A stretch of 64,000 nucleotides of DNA from an uncultured Clostridia bacterium. GTDB taxonomy: Bacteria; Bacillota; Clostridia; Oscillospirales; Oscillospiraceae. Under the pieces are notes generated by a model. The model had not been told where the DNA came from. It did no database searches and saw only the letters and a program-made list of their open reading frames with translations. Shown in pieces: positions 52,158 to 62,326 of the stretch (within the stretch, counting starts at the first letter, position 1; each line of letters opens with the position of its first letter). The translations under genes and the position numbers were made by a program. The stretch spans positions 5,055-69,054 of the forward strand of contig CAMNOV010000002.1 of NCBI GenBank assembly GCA_946547105.1. The letters run 5' to 3'.

Positions 52158-52796
52158 ATGGACAAAGCATACATAGACGGACGGTATTTTGAAATGGAAC
52201 AGGAAAACGGAAAGAATCTGCGGGCCTGGGAGCTCGCGCTGCTGGCGGCGCTGTGCCTGGCGCTGTGCGTGGGGCTCTGGGCTCAGAAAAAGCAGGGGGA
52301 GCTGGCTTCCCAGGTCGTGCGGCTGCACGTGTTGGCGGTGGATGACACGGAGGAAGAGCAGGCGCTCAAGCTGCGCGTGCGCGACGCGGTGCTGGCTTAT
52401 CTGAGCCCGGTACTCGAAGGCGTGAGCGACCGGGACGAGGCGCGGGAGCTTCTGGCCGGGCGCCTGCAGGCGATCGCCGAGACGGCGGCTGCTGCATCCG
52501 AAGGACGCAAGGTGTCCGTGAGCCTCGGGCCGGAGAGTTATCCGCTGCGGCGCTACGAGGGCTTCGTGCTGCCGGCGGGGACCTATGAATCGCTGCGCGT
52601 GGTGCTGGGCGAGGGCGAGGGGCATAACTGGTGGTGCGTGGTGTTTCCGCCGCTGTGCCTGTCGGCCGCCGACGCCGGGCGCGTGCAGAGCGTAATGAAG
52701 CCGGACGATTTCGCCCTGATCATCGAAGAGGACGGCTATGAGCTGCGCTTTCGCATCGTGGAACTCTGGGGCGAGCTGCAGCGCCTGTTCGGATAA
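52158..52796 (+). CDS. spoIIR: stage II sporulation protein R
   Basis: 'VVRLHVLAVDDTEEEQALKLRVRDAVL' and 'LGEGEGHNWWCVVFPPLC' are signature SpoIIR blocks. Confidence 0.85.
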   Translation: MDKAYIDGRYFEMEQENGKNLRAWELALLAALCLALCVGLWAQKKQGELASQVVRLHVLAVDDTEEEQALKLRVRDAVLAYLSPVLEGVSDRDEARELLAGRLQAIAETAAAASEGRKVSVSLGPESYPLRRYEGFVLPAGTYESLRVVLGEGEGHNWWCVVFPPLCLSAADAGRVQSVMKPDDFALIIEEDGYELRFRIVELWGELQRLFG

Positions 52797-52835
52797 AAAA
52801 CCGGGACGGAAAAACCGTCCCGGTTGTGTTATTTG
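52795..52835. terminator. bidirectional intrinsic terminator
   Basis: aaaaaaCCGGGACGG-aaaaa-CCGTCCCGGttgtgttatttg, between convergent genes. Confidence 0.75.
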
Positions 52836-53473
52836 CCCGGTCTTCTCCAGGCAAAGTCCACGGCATGTAACAGCTCCCGCCCCTCAAGCACGGCGCGAAG
52901 CTCCGCCTCGGCCTGCGGGAGATAGCGCTCGATAAATTCCTCCATCATGGCAGGGCTCAGGTAAGTAAAATCGCCTGTCGGCTGCTCGGTGAAATCCTGC
53001 GCGAGGTCGGCCTGCAGCTTCGTAAGGTCAAAGCCTGCGATGCTTGCCAGCGGCTCGGTATGGAAATCCGAAGGGATCTTCAGCCGGTTTTCAAGGGCAT
53101 AGCGCCGCACGAGCCAGGGATTGAGCAGATGGTAATCCCGGTGCAGAGCGCGTACGGCCTCATCCTTGATGAAATAGAGCTGATAGTCCTCATGGCAGAA
53201 GGCGCGGTAGAAGCTGTCCTCCACCAGATGCATGTAATAGCCGAGATAAAGAGGGTCGCTCATCTCAGCGGCAAATTCGAACCGAAAGCGGTCGAATTGA
53301 TAATAACGCGTGCCGTCGGAGCCGCGGAAGGCAAAATGCGTAATGTCCCGATCCTCTTTGCTGCCGATCGCGTCCGGAAGGAGGCTGCCAAGCAGAAAAC
53401 GCGGCACATCCCGGATGCCACAGGCTTCGGCCAGACGCAGGCCGAATACATAATGGACCGTCCGCTGCGCCAT
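52829..53473 (-). CDS. hypothetical protein, zinc-dependent phospholipase-C-like family
   Basis: RBS GAAGGAGGG. 'TVHYVFG..LA......PRFLLGSLLPD' and 'YYMHLVEDSFY' resemble the His/Asp metal sites of PF00882-like Firmicute proteins. Confidence 0.45.
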   Translation of the reverse strand: MAQRTVHYVFGLRLAEACGIRDVPRFLLGSLLPDAIGSKEDRDITHFAFRGSDGTRYYQFDRFRFEFAAEMSDPLYLGYYMHLVEDSFYRAFCHEDYQLYFIKDEAVRALHRDYHLLNPWLVRRYALENRLKIPSDFHTEPLASIAGFDLTKLQADLAQDFTEQPTGDFTYLSPAMMEEFIERYLPQAEAELRAVLEGRELLHAVDFAWRRPGK

Positions 53474-53564
53474 ATCTTGCCCTCCTTCCGCTCTTTTCTG
53501 ACAGTATAAAGCAGGGGAGAGGGAAAGTCAACGCGGCGAATTCCGGGAAAAAGGAAATTAATGC

Positions 53565-53593
53565 TTGCAAAGCGGAAAGGGATGTGCTAATAT
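53565..53593 (+). promoter_or_regulatory. promoter of tRNA-Val
   Basis: TTGCAA, 17-nt spacer, TAATAT with an extended -10 (TGcTAATAT), ending 14 nt before the tRNA 5' end. Confidence 0.5.
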
Positions 53594-53606
53594 ATAAAAG
53601 CTCTTC

Positions 53607-53683
53607 GGAGGGTTAGCTCAGCTGGTTAGAGCGTCCGCCTCACACGCGGAAGGTCGACGGTTCGAGTCCGCCACTCTCCACCA
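53607..53683 (+). tRNA. tRNA-Val (anticodon CAC), CCA encoded
   Basis: Manual cloverleaf: acceptor GGAGGGT/ACTCTCC, D-arm GCTC-AGCTGGTTA-GAGC, anticodon stem TCCGC/GCGGA with loop CT-CAC-AC, variable AGGTC, T-arm GACGG-TTCGAGT-CCGCC (one A-C mismatch), discriminator A, CCA. Confidence 0.9.
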
Positions 53684-53686
53684 AAC

Positions 53687-53718
53687 AAAAACACCGCCCG
53701 TTGGGCGGTGTTTTTGTT
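53687..53718 (+). terminator. intrinsic terminator after tRNA-Val
   Basis: aaaaaCACCGCCC-gtt-GGGCGGTGtttttgttt. Confidence 0.8.
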
Positions 53719-53811
53719 TGGTAAAGACTCCCGTGCGGACTCGAAGGGAGCGGGAGTGAATGGCGTGCCGGTGGCACGCCAGAGCCGCGACCCGGCCCGC
53801 CCGCAGGCGGG

Positions 53812-53832
53812 CGAGTCCGCCACTCTCCACCA
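53812..53832 (+). repeat. exact 21-nt direct repeat of the tRNA-Val 3' end (att-like)
   Basis: cgagtccgccactctccacca occurs at 53663-53683 inside the tRNA and again at 53812-53832. The second copy is followed by its own hairpin, aaaaagatccac...gtggatcttttt (53834-53868). Confidence 0.8.
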
Positions 53833-53980
53833 GAAAAAGATCCACGGCCATAGGCTGTGGATCTTTTTCTGTATGTGGAAGTCGGACGAGAACCGTAGGT
53901 TCGATAAGTGAGGCTCCAAAAAATCAAGCGAAGAGCTGATTTTTTGGCAAGCCGAACTTATGCAGGCGAGCGCAGGCAGG

Positions 53981-53992
53981 CGAGTCCGCCAC
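53981..53992 (+). repeat. third, truncated copy (12 nt) of the tRNA-Val 3'-end repeat
   Basis: cgagtccgccac, preceded by gcaggcagg as in copy 2 (gcaggcggg), and followed by the hairpin aaaaaacgacgtg...cacgtcgtttttt (54001-54032). Confidence 0.55.
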
Positions 53993-54074
53993 GATCTTCA
54001 AAAAAACGACGTGTTTCGACACGTCGTTTTTTATTTGACGCTGATCCTGTGATGCCTCAGCAGAGAAGCGGCGT

Positions 54075-55097
54075 TTATCTTGTGCTGTGCCGGGCCAGCG
54101 TGTCGAGCAGCCACCGACCGGTCGCGTTATAGTCCTCGTCGGCAAAGCCGCTGTATTTCAGCAGCCCGGTGCGCAGCGCGGAACAGGGCTCCGGGGCCGA
54201 CGAGAAGGACCACATACAGTAGGAGATTTGCTCCCGCTCCAGCAGCTCGATCCAAAGGTCTGCACTCTCCAGATCCCGAGGAAAGCCGCCGCTGGACGAG
54301 GTGACGCCGAACTCGGTGACAAAGATCGGAAGGCCCTGTTGACTGAGCTGCTCGGTCATATCGCGCAGGTCCTGACCGTGGCTGGCGGCATAGAAGTGCA
54401 GTGTGTACAGGATATTGTCGAAATTGAGAGGATCGTCAGCAACGCTGCGCAGATCTTTGGACCAGTCGGGATTGCCGACGATGATCACCGAGTCGGGATC
54501 CTTTTCGCGGATCGCGGGGATGATCTGCTCGGCATAGGTTTTGACCGTCGGCCAGTCCACGCCGTTGGGCTCGTTGCAGATCTCGTACAGGACGTTGTCG
54601 TAATCGCGAAATCGTTCCGCCATCTCCGCAAAGAAGGTCTTTGCCTCGTCGAGATACTGGTTGGGGTCTCCGTCGCTGAGAATGTGCCAGTCGATGAGGG
54701 CGTACATATCATGCACCCGGGCAAGCTCAACGCCTTTGACGATATCCTGCTTGTGACGCTCCTTGTCGCCGCCGGTGCAGTAGCCGACGACGCCGACGCC
54801 GTAGGTGTACATGGCAAAGCGGAAGAGATTGACGCCTCTGTCTTCGGACAGCTCGCGAAACAGGGATTCGTTGATGAAATCTTCGGCTGTAATGAGCCCG
54901 TTGCTGCTCACACCGCGGAGCATCACGGGCTCTCCGCGTTCGGCGCAGAGCTTCCCGCCGACGACCTGCAGCCGTCCGCTGTTGGAAGGCCGGGAGCGGC
55001 CGTCGTCAACGACGGATGCCGGTTTCGCGTTTCCGCAGCCGGACAGGACGCCCAGCAGCAGAGCGACACAAAGCAGAAGGGAAAGGATCTTTTTCAT
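54075..55097 (-). CDS. GH5 endoglucanase-type lipoprotein
   Basis: Lipobox 'LLGVLSGC'. GH5 blocks: 'GVNLFR.AMY', 'YEICNEPNG' (acid/base Glu) and 'FVTEFG' (nucleophile Glu). Confidence 0.85.
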   Translation of the reverse strand: MKKILSLLLCVALLLGVLSGCGNAKPASVVDDGRSRPSNSGRLQVVGGKLCAERGEPVMLRGVSSNGLITAEDFINESLFRELSEDRGVNLFRFAMYTYGVGVVGYCTGGDKERHKQDIVKGVELARVHDMYALIDWHILSDGDPNQYLDEAKTFFAEMAERFRDYDNVLYEICNEPNGVDWPTVKTYAEQIIPAIREKDPDSVIIVGNPDWSKDLRSVADDPLNFDNILYTLHFYAASHGQDLRDMTEQLSQQGLPIFVTEFGVTSSSGGFPRDLESADLWIELLEREQISYCMWSFSSAPEPCSALRTGLLKYSGFADEDYNATGRWLLDTLARHSTR

Positions 55098-55138
55098 TGG
55101 TATGACTCCCTTTGTCGGGAACTGAGCAGAAGGTAAGC

Positions 55139-57574
55139 TCAGCCCATGCGGACGAGTACGGACACGCGCTTCCCGGCAGGCTGAACGGGCAGGACGTTTC
55201 CCTCTACGGGACGGCCGTCGATTGTGACGGAGGCAAGACCTTTCTGCACGCCCGCCGGATTTTCCACCGTGATCTCATAAACAGCACCGCGGTAACGGCG
55301 GGTGACCGTGAAGCGCCGCAGGGAAGAGGGGACGCAGGGGTCGATCCGCAGACCGTCCAGCGTGGGCTGCATGCCGAGGATCGCCTGCGAAACGCTGACG
55401 AAGGTCCAGGCCGCCGTGCCTGTCAGCCAGCTGTTTTTCGCTTCGCCGAAGCTCGCTGCGTCTTTTCCTGCGACCATCTGGCTGTAAACGTAGGGTTCGG
55501 TGCGGTGGATCTCGCTGATATCTTCGATATAGGCGGGCGCCGTGCGGCGATAGACCTCAAAGGCGCGATCGCCGTGGCCGAGCTCCGCCTCCGCACAGAC
55601 GATCCAGGGATTGTTGTGGCAGAAGATGCCGGCGTTTTCCTTGTATCCCGGCGGGTAGCTGCTGATCTCGCCCAACTCCAGGTGATAGCGGGTATAAGCG
55701 GGCTGCAGCAGGACAATGCCATATTTTGTGTCGAGGCGCTCCTTGACGCTCTGCAGCGCGCGGGCAGCCTCGCCGCTTTCTTTGCCGATACCGGCCATCA
55801 CGCACATGCCCTGCGGCTCGATGAAGATTTTTCCTTCTTCGCAGTCCCTGCCGCCGACGACATGCCCGAAAGCATCATAGGCGCGGCGGAACCATGCGCC
55901 GTCCCAACCTGCGTCGAGCACGGTTTTTTCCATGGCGTCGACGGCCTGTTCGGCTTGCCCGGCCTCGTCGGCGAGGCCAACATGGCGGCAGATCTCCGTC
56001 CAGGCGCGGCCGTATTTGACGAACATGCCGGCGATGAACACGCTTTCTGCCACGGGACCCTCGCTCGGGCCGGTGGTCTGGAAGCTCTCGCCGGGCTGCG
56101 CCGAGAAGCAGTTGAGGTTCAGGCAGTCGTTCCAGTCGGCGCGGCCGATCAGCGGCAGGCCGTGCGGGCCGAGATGCGTGCAGGTATAGTTGAAGCTGCG
56201 GCGCAGATGCTCCAGCAGCGGCTGCGCCAGGGACGGATCGTTGTCAAAATCCACAGATTCGTCGAGAATCGTCCAGTCGCCGGTCTCGCGCAGATAGGCG
56301 TCCGTGCCGGCGATGAGCCAGAGCGGGTCGTCGTTGAAGCCGCTGCCGACGGCCAGATTGCCCTTTTTGGTCAGCGGCTGATACTGGTGATAAGCGCTGC
56401 CGTCGGGAAACTGCGTGGCGGCAATGTCCAGAATGCGCTCGCGGGCACGCTCAGGGATCATGTGCACGAAGCCCAGCAGATCCTGGCAAGAATCGCGAAA
56501 ACCCATCCCGCGCCCCATGCCGGACTCATAATAACTGGCCGAGCGGCTCATGTTGAAGGTGACCATGCACTGGTACTGGTTCCAGATATTGACCATGCGG
56601 TCGAGCTTTTCATCGGAGCTCGATACCCGGTAGGCGCCGAGCAGCTCTTCCCAATGGCTGCCCAGCGCGGCGAGCGCCGCATCCACGGCCGCGTCGTCGG
56701 CATAGCGGGCCATCATGGCCTCGGCCTTCGTCTTGTTGATGACGCCGGGCTTTTCCCATTTCTCTTCCGGCGCATTTTCAATATAGCCCAGGCCGAAGAT
56801 CAGGCTGCGGCTTTCGCCGGGCTGCAGCGCCAGCTTGAACTGCTGGGCGGCGATGGGCTGCCAGCCGTGCGCGATGCTGCCGGTGCAGCCGCCGCCGAAT
56901 ACGGCATCCGGCCGGGCCGGGCTGCCGTACGGACCCAGGAAGGCCTCCCGGGAGGTATCGAAGCCGTCGGGCAGGGAATTGGCCCAGAAAACGGCGTAGT
57001 GATCTCGGCGCTCGCGGTACTCGGTCTTATGGTAGATCGCCGCGCCCTCGATCTCCACCTCGCCGATGGAATAGTTGCGCTGGAAGTTCGAACTGTCGTC
57101 CATCGCGTCCCAGAGACAGAACTCCAGATAGGGGAAGAGCTCCGGAGTCTTCGGCCCTGCGCTTTCGTTGCGGACCTTCACCCGCATCAGCAGACAGTTG
57201 TCCCCCTGCGGGACAAACAGCTCCTGCGTGACGGAAAGGCCGTTCTTCCTGCCCTCGATGACCGTATAACCCAGGCCGTGGCGGCAGCAATAGGCGTCAA
57301 GCTCGGTCTGCACCGGCTGCCAGCCGGGATTCCAGACGACGCTGCCGTCGCGGACATACAGATGAAAGCCCTCCTGATCCAGCGGCGCGTTATTATAGCG
57401 GTAACGGGTCAGACGGCGAAGCCGGGCGTCACGGAAGAAGGCGTAGCCGCCGGCCGTGTTGGAGCAGAGCGTGAAGAAGTCCTCGCTGCCCAGATAGTTG
57501 ATCCAGGGCAGGGGAGTCCTTGGGGTTGTGATGACGTATTCTTTACTTGCGTCGTCAAAGAAACCGTATTTCAT
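55139..57574 (-). CDS. GH94 cellobiose/cellodextrin (or chitobiose) phosphorylase
   Basis: '[32 protein letters not shown]...SNTAGGY.F..DA...RLTRYRYNN' is near-canonical for GH94 cellobiose phosphorylases; 811 aa. Confidence 0.9.
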   Translation of the reverse strand: MKYGFFDDASKEYVITTPRTPLPWINYLGSEDFFTLCSNTAGGYAFFRDARLRRLTRYRYNNAPLDQEGFHLYVRDGSVVWNPGWQPVQTELDAYCCRHGLGYTVIEGRKNGLSVTQELFVPQGDNCLLMRVKVRNESAGPKTPELFPYLEFCLWDAMDDSSNFQRNYSIGEVEIEGAAIYHKTEYRERRDHYAVFWANSLPDGFDTSREAFLGPYGSPARPDAVFGGGCTGSIAHGWQPIAAQQFKLALQPGESRSLIFGLGYIENAPEEKWEKPGVINKTKAEAMMARYADDAAVDAALAALGSHWEELLGAYRVSSSDEKLDRMVNIWNQYQCMVTFNMSRSASYYESGMGRGMGFRDSCQDLLGFVHMIPERARERILDIAATQFPDGSAYHQYQPLTKKGNLAVGSGFNDDPLWLIAGTDAYLRETGDWTILDESVDFDNDPSLAQPLLEHLRRSFNYTCTHLGPHGLPLIGRADWNDCLNLNCFSAQPGESFQTTGPSEGPVAESVFIAGMFVKYGRAWTEICRHVGLADEAGQAEQAVDAMEKTVLDAGWDGAWFRRAYDAFGHVVGGRDCEEGKIFIEPQGMCVMAGIGKESGEAARALQSVKERLDTKYGIVLLQPAYTRYHLELGEISSYPPGYKENAGIFCHNNPWIVCAEAELGHGDRAFEVYRRTAPAYIEDISEIHRTEPYVYSQMVAGKDAASFGEAKNSWLTGTAAWTFVSVSQAILGMQPTLDGLRIDPCVPSSLRRFTVTRRYRGAVYEITVENPAGVQKGLASVTIDGRPVEGNVLPVQPAGKRVSVLVRMG

Positions 57575-57879
57575 GACAAGCCCTCTTTTGTTCGTAATCG
57601 TTTAAGTGACAATACCATAGAGTAAAGTAACGGATTTTATCGGAAAAATCAAGAAGTTTTTGAGACAAAATCGGCATTTTTACGAATAAAATCAAAATTG
57701 TTCAATTTACGAAATCGTTAAGCTGACAGAAAGCACAGATTTTCGCGATGAAACTATCCACTTTTGCCAAATTTCATTTTTCAAAAAATTTTTTTGAAAG
57801 CATATCTTGCTTTTTTGAACGAAATGCGCTATTTTGGATTTGCGAAAACGATTAAGTATGCGGAAGGCGGTTTGCCCAA

Positions 57880-58896
57880 ATGGTGTCGATGAAGGATATC
57901 GCGCGTCAGTGCGGCGTATCTGTGGCTACGGTGAGCAAGGCACTGAACGGGCAGCAGGATATCGGGCGGGAAACAAGGGAAAAGATCCGCCGGGTCGCCG
58001 ACGAAATGGGCTATATGACCAACGCCTCCGCCCGCGCGCTGAAAACCAGCCGCAGCTACAACATCGGCGTGCTTTTCGTGGATCCGATGCAGGGCGGCCT
58101 TGCGCATGAGTACTTCTCATCCGTGCTTGACAGCATCCGCGTGGAGAGCGAGCGCTGCGGCTATGACATCACCTTTATCAACCGAAACGTCGGCCGCCGC
58201 CAGACCTCCTATCTGCAGCACTGCCTGTACCGCGGTGTGGACGGCGTGGTGGTGGCTTCGGTGGATTTCACCGACCCGATGGTGCTGGAGCTGATCCACT
58301 CCGGGCTTCCCGTCGTAACGATCGACCACATGTTCAACGGACGCATGGCCGTCATCAGCGACAACGTGGCCGGGATGGAGGCGCTGACGCGCTACGTTGT
58401 GGGGAAGGGGCACCGGGATCTCGCTTTTATCCACGGCGAGCAGACCACGGTGACCGACAGCCGCCTGACCGGCTTCTTCCGCGCCTGCGAGGCGCTGGGC
58501 GTGCCGGTGCGGGAGGAATGCATCCTGCAGGGCGCCTATCACGACGTCACGCGCTGCTATGAGGCGACAAAGCAGCTTCTGGCTTTGCCGACGCGGCCCA
58601 GCTGCATCTTTTTCCCGGACGACTTTTCCTATATCGGCGGTTATAACGCCATTGTTGAGGCGGGACTGCGGATCCCCGAGGATATTTCGGCCGTCGGCTA
58701 TGACGGCATCCGCCTGGCCCGGGTGGTCAGCCCCCGGCTGACGACCTGGCAGCAGAACACCCCCGCCCTGGGCCGCGAGGCGGCGGCCCGCCTGATCGAG
58801 TTGATCGAGCACCCAAAGACCGCGCTGATCGACCGCTACGTGGTATCCGGCTGCCTGCTGGAGGGCGAGAGCGTGGCGGACCTGACCAAAAGGTGA
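57880..58896 (+). CDS. LacI-family transcriptional regulator
   Basis: HTH 'MKDIARQCGVSVATVSKALNG' followed by a periplasmic-binding-like sugar domain. Confidence 0.85.
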   Translation: MVSMKDIARQCGVSVATVSKALNGQQDIGRETREKIRRVADEMGYMTNASARALKTSRSYNIGVLFVDPMQGGLAHEYFSSVLDSIRVESERCGYDITFINRNVGRRQTSYLQHCLYRGVDGVVVASVDFTDPMVLELIHSGLPVVTIDHMFNGRMAVISDNVAGMEALTRYVVGKGHRDLAFIHGEQTTVTDSRLTGFFRACEALGVPVREECILQGAYHDVTRCYEATKQLLALPTRPSCIFFPDDFSYIGGYNAIVEAGLRIPEDISAVGYDGIRLARVVSPRLTTWQQNTPALGREAAARLIELIEHPKTALIDRYVVSGCLLEGESVADLTKR

Positions 58897-58950
58897 TATG
58901 CGGGGACGACCCGCTAAAATAAAATCACAATTTATTTAGGAGGAAGAAAA

Positions 58951-60243
58951 ATGAAAAAGCTGATCGCACTGCTTCTGGCTCTCGTGATGGTTTTCGCGCT
59001 CTGCGCCTGCGGCGCGCCGAAGGCTGACAGCAAGACCGAGGGCAAAGTCTTCAACATCTACGCCTGGAACGAGGAATTCAAGGGCTTCTTCGAGAAGTAC
59101 TACACCGTTCCCGAAGGCGTGACCGTCAACTGGATCATCACCCCGAGCGACAACGGCGCCTACCAGCAGAAGCTGGATGAGGCTCTGCTCAACCAGGCCA
59201 GTGCCGCCGCCGACGACAAGGTCGACCTGTTCCTGGCCGAGGCTGATTACATCCTCAAGTACGTCAATTCTGATGCGACTCAGGATATCACCAAGATCGG
59301 CGTGACCGACTTCTCCAACACCTATGCCTACACCGTGCAGGCTGCCACCGATCCCAACGGCGTTGTGAAGGGCGTCTCCTTCCAGTGCTGCCCCTCCGCT
59401 CTGATCTACCGCCGCTCCATCGCGCAGGACGTCCTTGGCGTTTCCGAGCCCGATGAGGTCCAGGCCAAGCTCGACAGCTGGGACAAGTTCAACGCTGTCG
59501 CCGCCGACGCCAAGGCCAAGGGTTACTACATGACCGCCTCCTTCGCCGAGACCTACCGTCCCTTCTCCAACAACTGCACCAGCGCCTGGGTCGACGCCGA
59601 CAACAAGCTGCAGTTCGACCCCCAGATCGAAGCCTGGATCGCCCAGACCGAGGACTTCATCAAGAACGAGTACACCCTGACCGCCGGCATCTGGGATCAG
59701 GAGAAGAACGACCAGATGTTCAAGGACGGCAAGACCATGTGCTTCTTCGGACCCGCCTGGTACTTCAACTTCTGCATGGGCAACGCGCAGGATCCCGAGA
59801 AGGGCTGCTCCGGCGACTGGGCCATCTGCGAAGGCCCCGCTGCTCACTTCTGGGGCGGCACCTGGCTGCTCGCGCCTGCCGGCACCGATAATGCTTCCAT
59901 GGCTGCGGACATCATGAACACCTTCATCAACAACGAAGATGTCTGCTCCAAGCTCGTCTCCGAGGAGAACCAGTTCTCCAACAACCAGAAGGTCAACGCC
60001 AAGTTTGCGGAAGATCCCAACTACGGCAATGCCTTCCTGGGCGGCCAGAACGACGTAGCCCTCTTCTCCTCCATGACCAGCAACATCAAGTGGGAGAACC
60101 ACACCATCTACGACCAGCTCCTCAACGAAGGCCTGCAGAACAACATGCAGGAATTCTTCAAGGGCCAGGTAGACAAGGAAACGGCTCTGAAGAACTTCTA
60201 CAACTACGTCAACGAGACCTATCCCACCATCGTCACTCCCTGA
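58951..60243 (+). CDS. sugar ABC transporter substrate-binding lipoprotein
   Basis: Lipobox 'VFALCAC'. 430 aa, the size and composition of CUT1 family solute-binding proteins. RBS AGGAGG. Confidence 0.8.
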   Translation: MKKLIALLLALVMVFALCACGAPKADSKTEGKVFNIYAWNEEFKGFFEKYYTVPEGVTVNWIITPSDNGAYQQKLDEALLNQASAAADDKVDLFLAEADYILKYVNSDATQDITKIGVTDFSNTYAYTVQAATDPNGVVKGVSFQCCPSALIYRRSIAQDVLGVSEPDEVQAKLDSWDKFNAVAADAKAKGYYMTASFAETYRPFSNNCTSAWVDADNKLQFDPQIEAWIAQTEDFIKNEYTLTAGIWDQEKNDQMFKDGKTMCFFGPAWYFNFCMGNAQDPEKGCSGDWAICEGPAAHFWGGTWLLAPAGTDNASMAADIMNTFINNEDVCSKLVSEENQFSNNQKVNAKFAEDPNYGNAFLGGQNDVALFSSMTSNIKWENHTIYDQLLNEGLQNNMQEFFKGQVDKETALKNFYNYVNETYPTIVTP

Positions 60244-60284
60244 ACTGACGATCAGGACTGAGTTCGATCATACTCTTTGCTGCG

Positions 60285-60313
60285 CAGAGGCAAGGCGATT
60301 TGCCTTGCCTCTG
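60285..60313 (+). other. intra-operon stem-loop after the binding-protein gene
   Basis: CAGAGGCAAGGC-gattt-GCCTTGCCTCTG, a perfect 12-bp stem with no T-tract. Typical of mRNA-stabilising or partial-termination elements between SBP and permease genes. Confidence 0.45.
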
Positions 60314-60433
60314 TCTGCATGAAAGTTTCCGCCGCAGAGCTCTGCCGGCGCGGAGCGGAACACACGTGTTCGCGTATGCTCCGCTGCACACCGTCGGAAC
60401 ACGCGCCAACGATACTATGAACGGGGGGATCCC

Positions 60434-61387
60434 ATGAAAACCAAGCGCGGAAGCGGAGTCAGCTACGCCAAGTACGGCTATCTCTTCATCCTGCCCTTTT
60501 TCATCGTCTATACCTTCTTTACCCTGATCCCGCAGCTGATGACCTTCTACTACAGCCTCTTTGAGAACTATCGAGACGGACTGACGCAGATCGGACCGAA
60601 CTTCGTAGGCCTGAAAAACTACGTGACCCTGTTCAGCCCCGACAATACCGGCAGCATCGGCATCCTTAAGTATTTCGGCAATACGCTGATCCTCTGGGTC
60701 ATGGGCGCCGTGCCCCAGGTCGTGATCGCGCTTCTGCTGGCGGTGTTTTTCACCAGCTACCGTATGAATCTGAAGGGACAGCAGTTTTTCAAGACGGTCA
60801 TTTACATGCCGAACCTGATCATGGCGGCGGCATTTGCGATGCTCTTCTCCACGCTGTTTTCCAACGTCGGCCCGGTCAAGCAGGTGCTGCTGGCCCACGA
60901 TCTGATCGACAAGAGCTTCGACTTTCTGACCATGAAGGTCCCGGTGCGTGTTTTGATCGCACTGATGAATTTCCTCATGTGGTTCGGCAACACGACGATC
61001 CTTTTGATGGCAGGCATCCAGGGCATCGACCAGAACATGTTTGAGGCTGCGGAGATCGACGGGGCCAACTCCCTGCAGGTCTTCTTCCGTGTGACGCTGC
61101 CGCTGCTGGCGCCGATCCTGGTCTATACGGTCATCACGGCGATGATCGGCGGTCTGCAGATGTTCGACGTGCCGCAGGTGCTCACCAACGGCAAGGGAAC
61201 ACCGAACCGCGCCAGTATGACGATGGTCATGTACCTGAACAACTTCCTGACCACCAGTAAAAACTACGGCATGGCCGGCGCGGTGAGCGTGGTGCTGTTC
61301 CTGGTGTCCACGGGATTGAGCCTGTTCGTCTATAACAGCCTGTCCAGCCAGTACAAGGATACCGCCCACAAGCGGGATCAGATCTGA
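60434..61387 (+). CDS. carbohydrate ABC transporter permease (MalF-like)
   Basis: 6 TM helices. EAA-loop 'FEAAEIDGANSLQVFFRVTLPLLAP'. Confidence 0.85.
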   Translation: MKTKRGSGVSYAKYGYLFILPFFIVYTFFTLIPQLMTFYYSLFENYRDGLTQIGPNFVGLKNYVTLFSPDNTGSIGILKYFGNTLILWVMGAVPQVVIALLLAVFFTSYRMNLKGQQFFKTVIYMPNLIMAAAFAMLFSTLFSNVGPVKQVLLAHDLIDKSFDFLTMKVPVRVLIALMNFLMWFGNTTILLMAGIQGIDQNMFEAAEIDGANSLQVFFRVTLPLLAPILVYTVITAMIGGLQMFDVPQVLTNGKGTPNRASMTMVMYLNNFLTTSKNYGMAGAVSVVLFLVSTGLSLFVYNSLSSQYKDTAHKRDQI

Positions 61388-61401
61388 TCGGAGGCGGGAC
61401 C

Positions 61402-62265
61402 ATGAAAAACAAAGAAAATAACAAGGGTCGGATCCAGCTGATCATTGCCCGCACCGTGGCATACATCATTCTGATCTTCCTTTCTTTCCTTTGCCTGTTC
61501 AGCTTTTATATGCTGATCATCAACTCCACCCGGTCGAATTTCCAGCTTCAGTCCGGCTTTACCCTGCTGCCGAAGGACCATTTCTTCATCAACCTCAAGA
61601 ACGCCTGGAACGATTACTCCATCAATATCCCGCGCGGCATGCTCAACAGCTTCTTCATCGCCGCCTGCTGCTCGGTGCTGACCACCTACTTCTCTGCGCT
61701 GACCGCCTACGGCATCCATGTGTACCGCTTCAAGCTGCGCCGCTTCGCCTTTTATTTCATCATGGCCGTCATGATGATCCCGCCCCAGGTGTCGGCGGTC
61801 GGCTTCATCCAGCTGGTGTATAAGCTCCATCTGACCAACAATTACATTCCGCTCATCATCCCCAGCATCGCGGCGCCGGTGGTCTTCTTCTACATGAAGC
61901 AGTACCTGGAGAGCGTGCTGCCGATGGAGATGGTGGAGGCCGCGCGCATCGACGGCAGCGGCGAGTTTTATACCTTCAACCACGTGGTGCTGCCGATCAT
62001 GAAGCCGGCGCTGGCCGTGCAGATGATTTTCTCCTTCGTCGGCTCCTGGAACAACTACTTTATTCCGGCCCTGCTGCTGGATAAGAAGGAGCTGAAAACC
62101 GTCCCCATCATGATCGCCCAGCTCCGAAGCGCGGACTACTCCAAGTTCGACATGGGCAAGGTGTACATGTTTATCCTTCTGGCGATCCTGCCCGTTATGA
62201 TCGTCTATATCATCCTCTCCAAGGCCATCATCAAGGGCGTCACCGCCGGCTCGGTCAAGGGCTGA
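61402..62265 (+). CDS. carbohydrate ABC transporter permease (MalG-like)
   Basis: EAA-loop 'VEAARIDGSGEFYTFNHVVLPIMKPAL'. 6 TM helices. Confidence 0.85.
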   Translation: MKNKENNKGRIQLIIARTVAYIILIFLSFLCLFSFYMLIINSTRSNFQLQSGFTLLPKDHFFINLKNAWNDYSINIPRGMLNSFFIAACCSVLTTYFSALTAYGIHVYRFKLRRFAFYFIMAVMMIPPQVSAVGFIQLVYKLHLTNNYIPLIIPSIAAPVVFFYMKQYLESVLPMEMVEAARIDGSGEFYTFNHVVLPIMKPALAVQMIFSFVGSWNNYFIPALLLDKKELKTVPIMIAQLRSADYSKFDMGKVYMFILLAILPVMIVYIILSKAIIKGVTAGSVKG

Positions 62266-62326
62266 GCAAAAACACAAACGGCTCTCCGCTTCTGGGGAGC
62301 CGTTTTACAATGAAAGGAAGACTGTT

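Noticed and set aside
53618-54145. Several 60-100-aa ORFs on both strands downstream of tRNA-Val
   Set aside because: They run through the tRNA, its repeats and four terminator hairpins. They lack RBSs and have Arg/Pro/Gly-rich nonsense composition. The region is better explained as non-coding att-like repeats.
55112-57625. 837-aa plus-strand ORF
   Set aside because: It is antisense to the near-canonical GH94 cellobiose phosphorylase, with no motifs and low-complexity composition.
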